Below are positions 63,761-64,000 of a stretch of 64,000 nt of DNA, one piece after another. This DNA is from Zygnema circumcarinatum SAG 698-1b (taxonomy: Eukaryota > Plantae > Zygnematophyceae), in contig CM074807.1 in NCBI GenBank assembly GCA_037447605.1, forward strand, positions 186,001-250,000, written 5' to 3'. Within the stretch, counting starts at the first letter, position 1. Every line of letters starts with the position of its first letter. A program made the translations under genes and the position numbers. The notes under the pieces were generated by a model. That model did no database searches. It had not been told where the DNA came from and saw nothing but the letters and a program-made list of their open reading frames with translations.

Positions 63761-64000
63761 TGCGAAAATTCGCCCAAAAAATTCAACATGTTAGAAGAAA
63801 AGATGTCATTCCAGTCAACGACTGACAGACCAACTAACAGCGCTGCTTCCTCATATACCCATTGACAGTGCCACCACCCGACAAAGGAGTTTCTAAGAAC
63901 CGGCATTCAGGTTTTTCTCATCTTTAATTCGGCATTCCCTTTGCCAAATGATAAACAAAGCAGTAACCAAGAAGCATATTATAAGCATATCATTATTGGT

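Overview
Gene-dense, intron-rich eukaryotic nuclear DNA from a green plant. Plant-type STT3B, PTB3, HVA22, root-cap and Asp/Glu-racemase genes together with a cyanobacterial-type HutX suggest a streptophyte alga; this is an inference and I cannot name the species. About 16 spliced genes can be reconstructed by hand: CTF18 (partial), Ole e 1/root-cap protein, plastid HutX/ChuX-like, TFIIH p34, RTF1/VIP5, PTB3, two paralogous fucosyltransferase-like + carbohydrate-sulfotransferase fusion genes that bracket STT3B and an Asp/Glu racemase, FAM114-like, snRNP27, HVA22-like, MRPL47, an orphan two-exon gene and a partial Cu/Zn SOD. The main points of interest are four. (1) The duplicated type II membrane GT-like/sulfotransferase fusions have a degenerate GDP-fucose motif, and one is head-to-head with STT3B. 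(2) Each of the six divergent intergenic spacers carries its own repeat array, mostly rich in ApT palindromes (CATG/GATC/ATCGAT) and in one case (TTAGGG)8, and three spacers share GACTGTAACTG. (3) The racemase keeps both catalytic cysteines and looks plastid-targeted. (4) PTB3 appears to have 3'-UTR splicing. The exact 1.7 kb duplication at 55.9-59.4 kb across an N gap is most likely an assembly artefact. Family assignments come from recalled motifs, not database searches.
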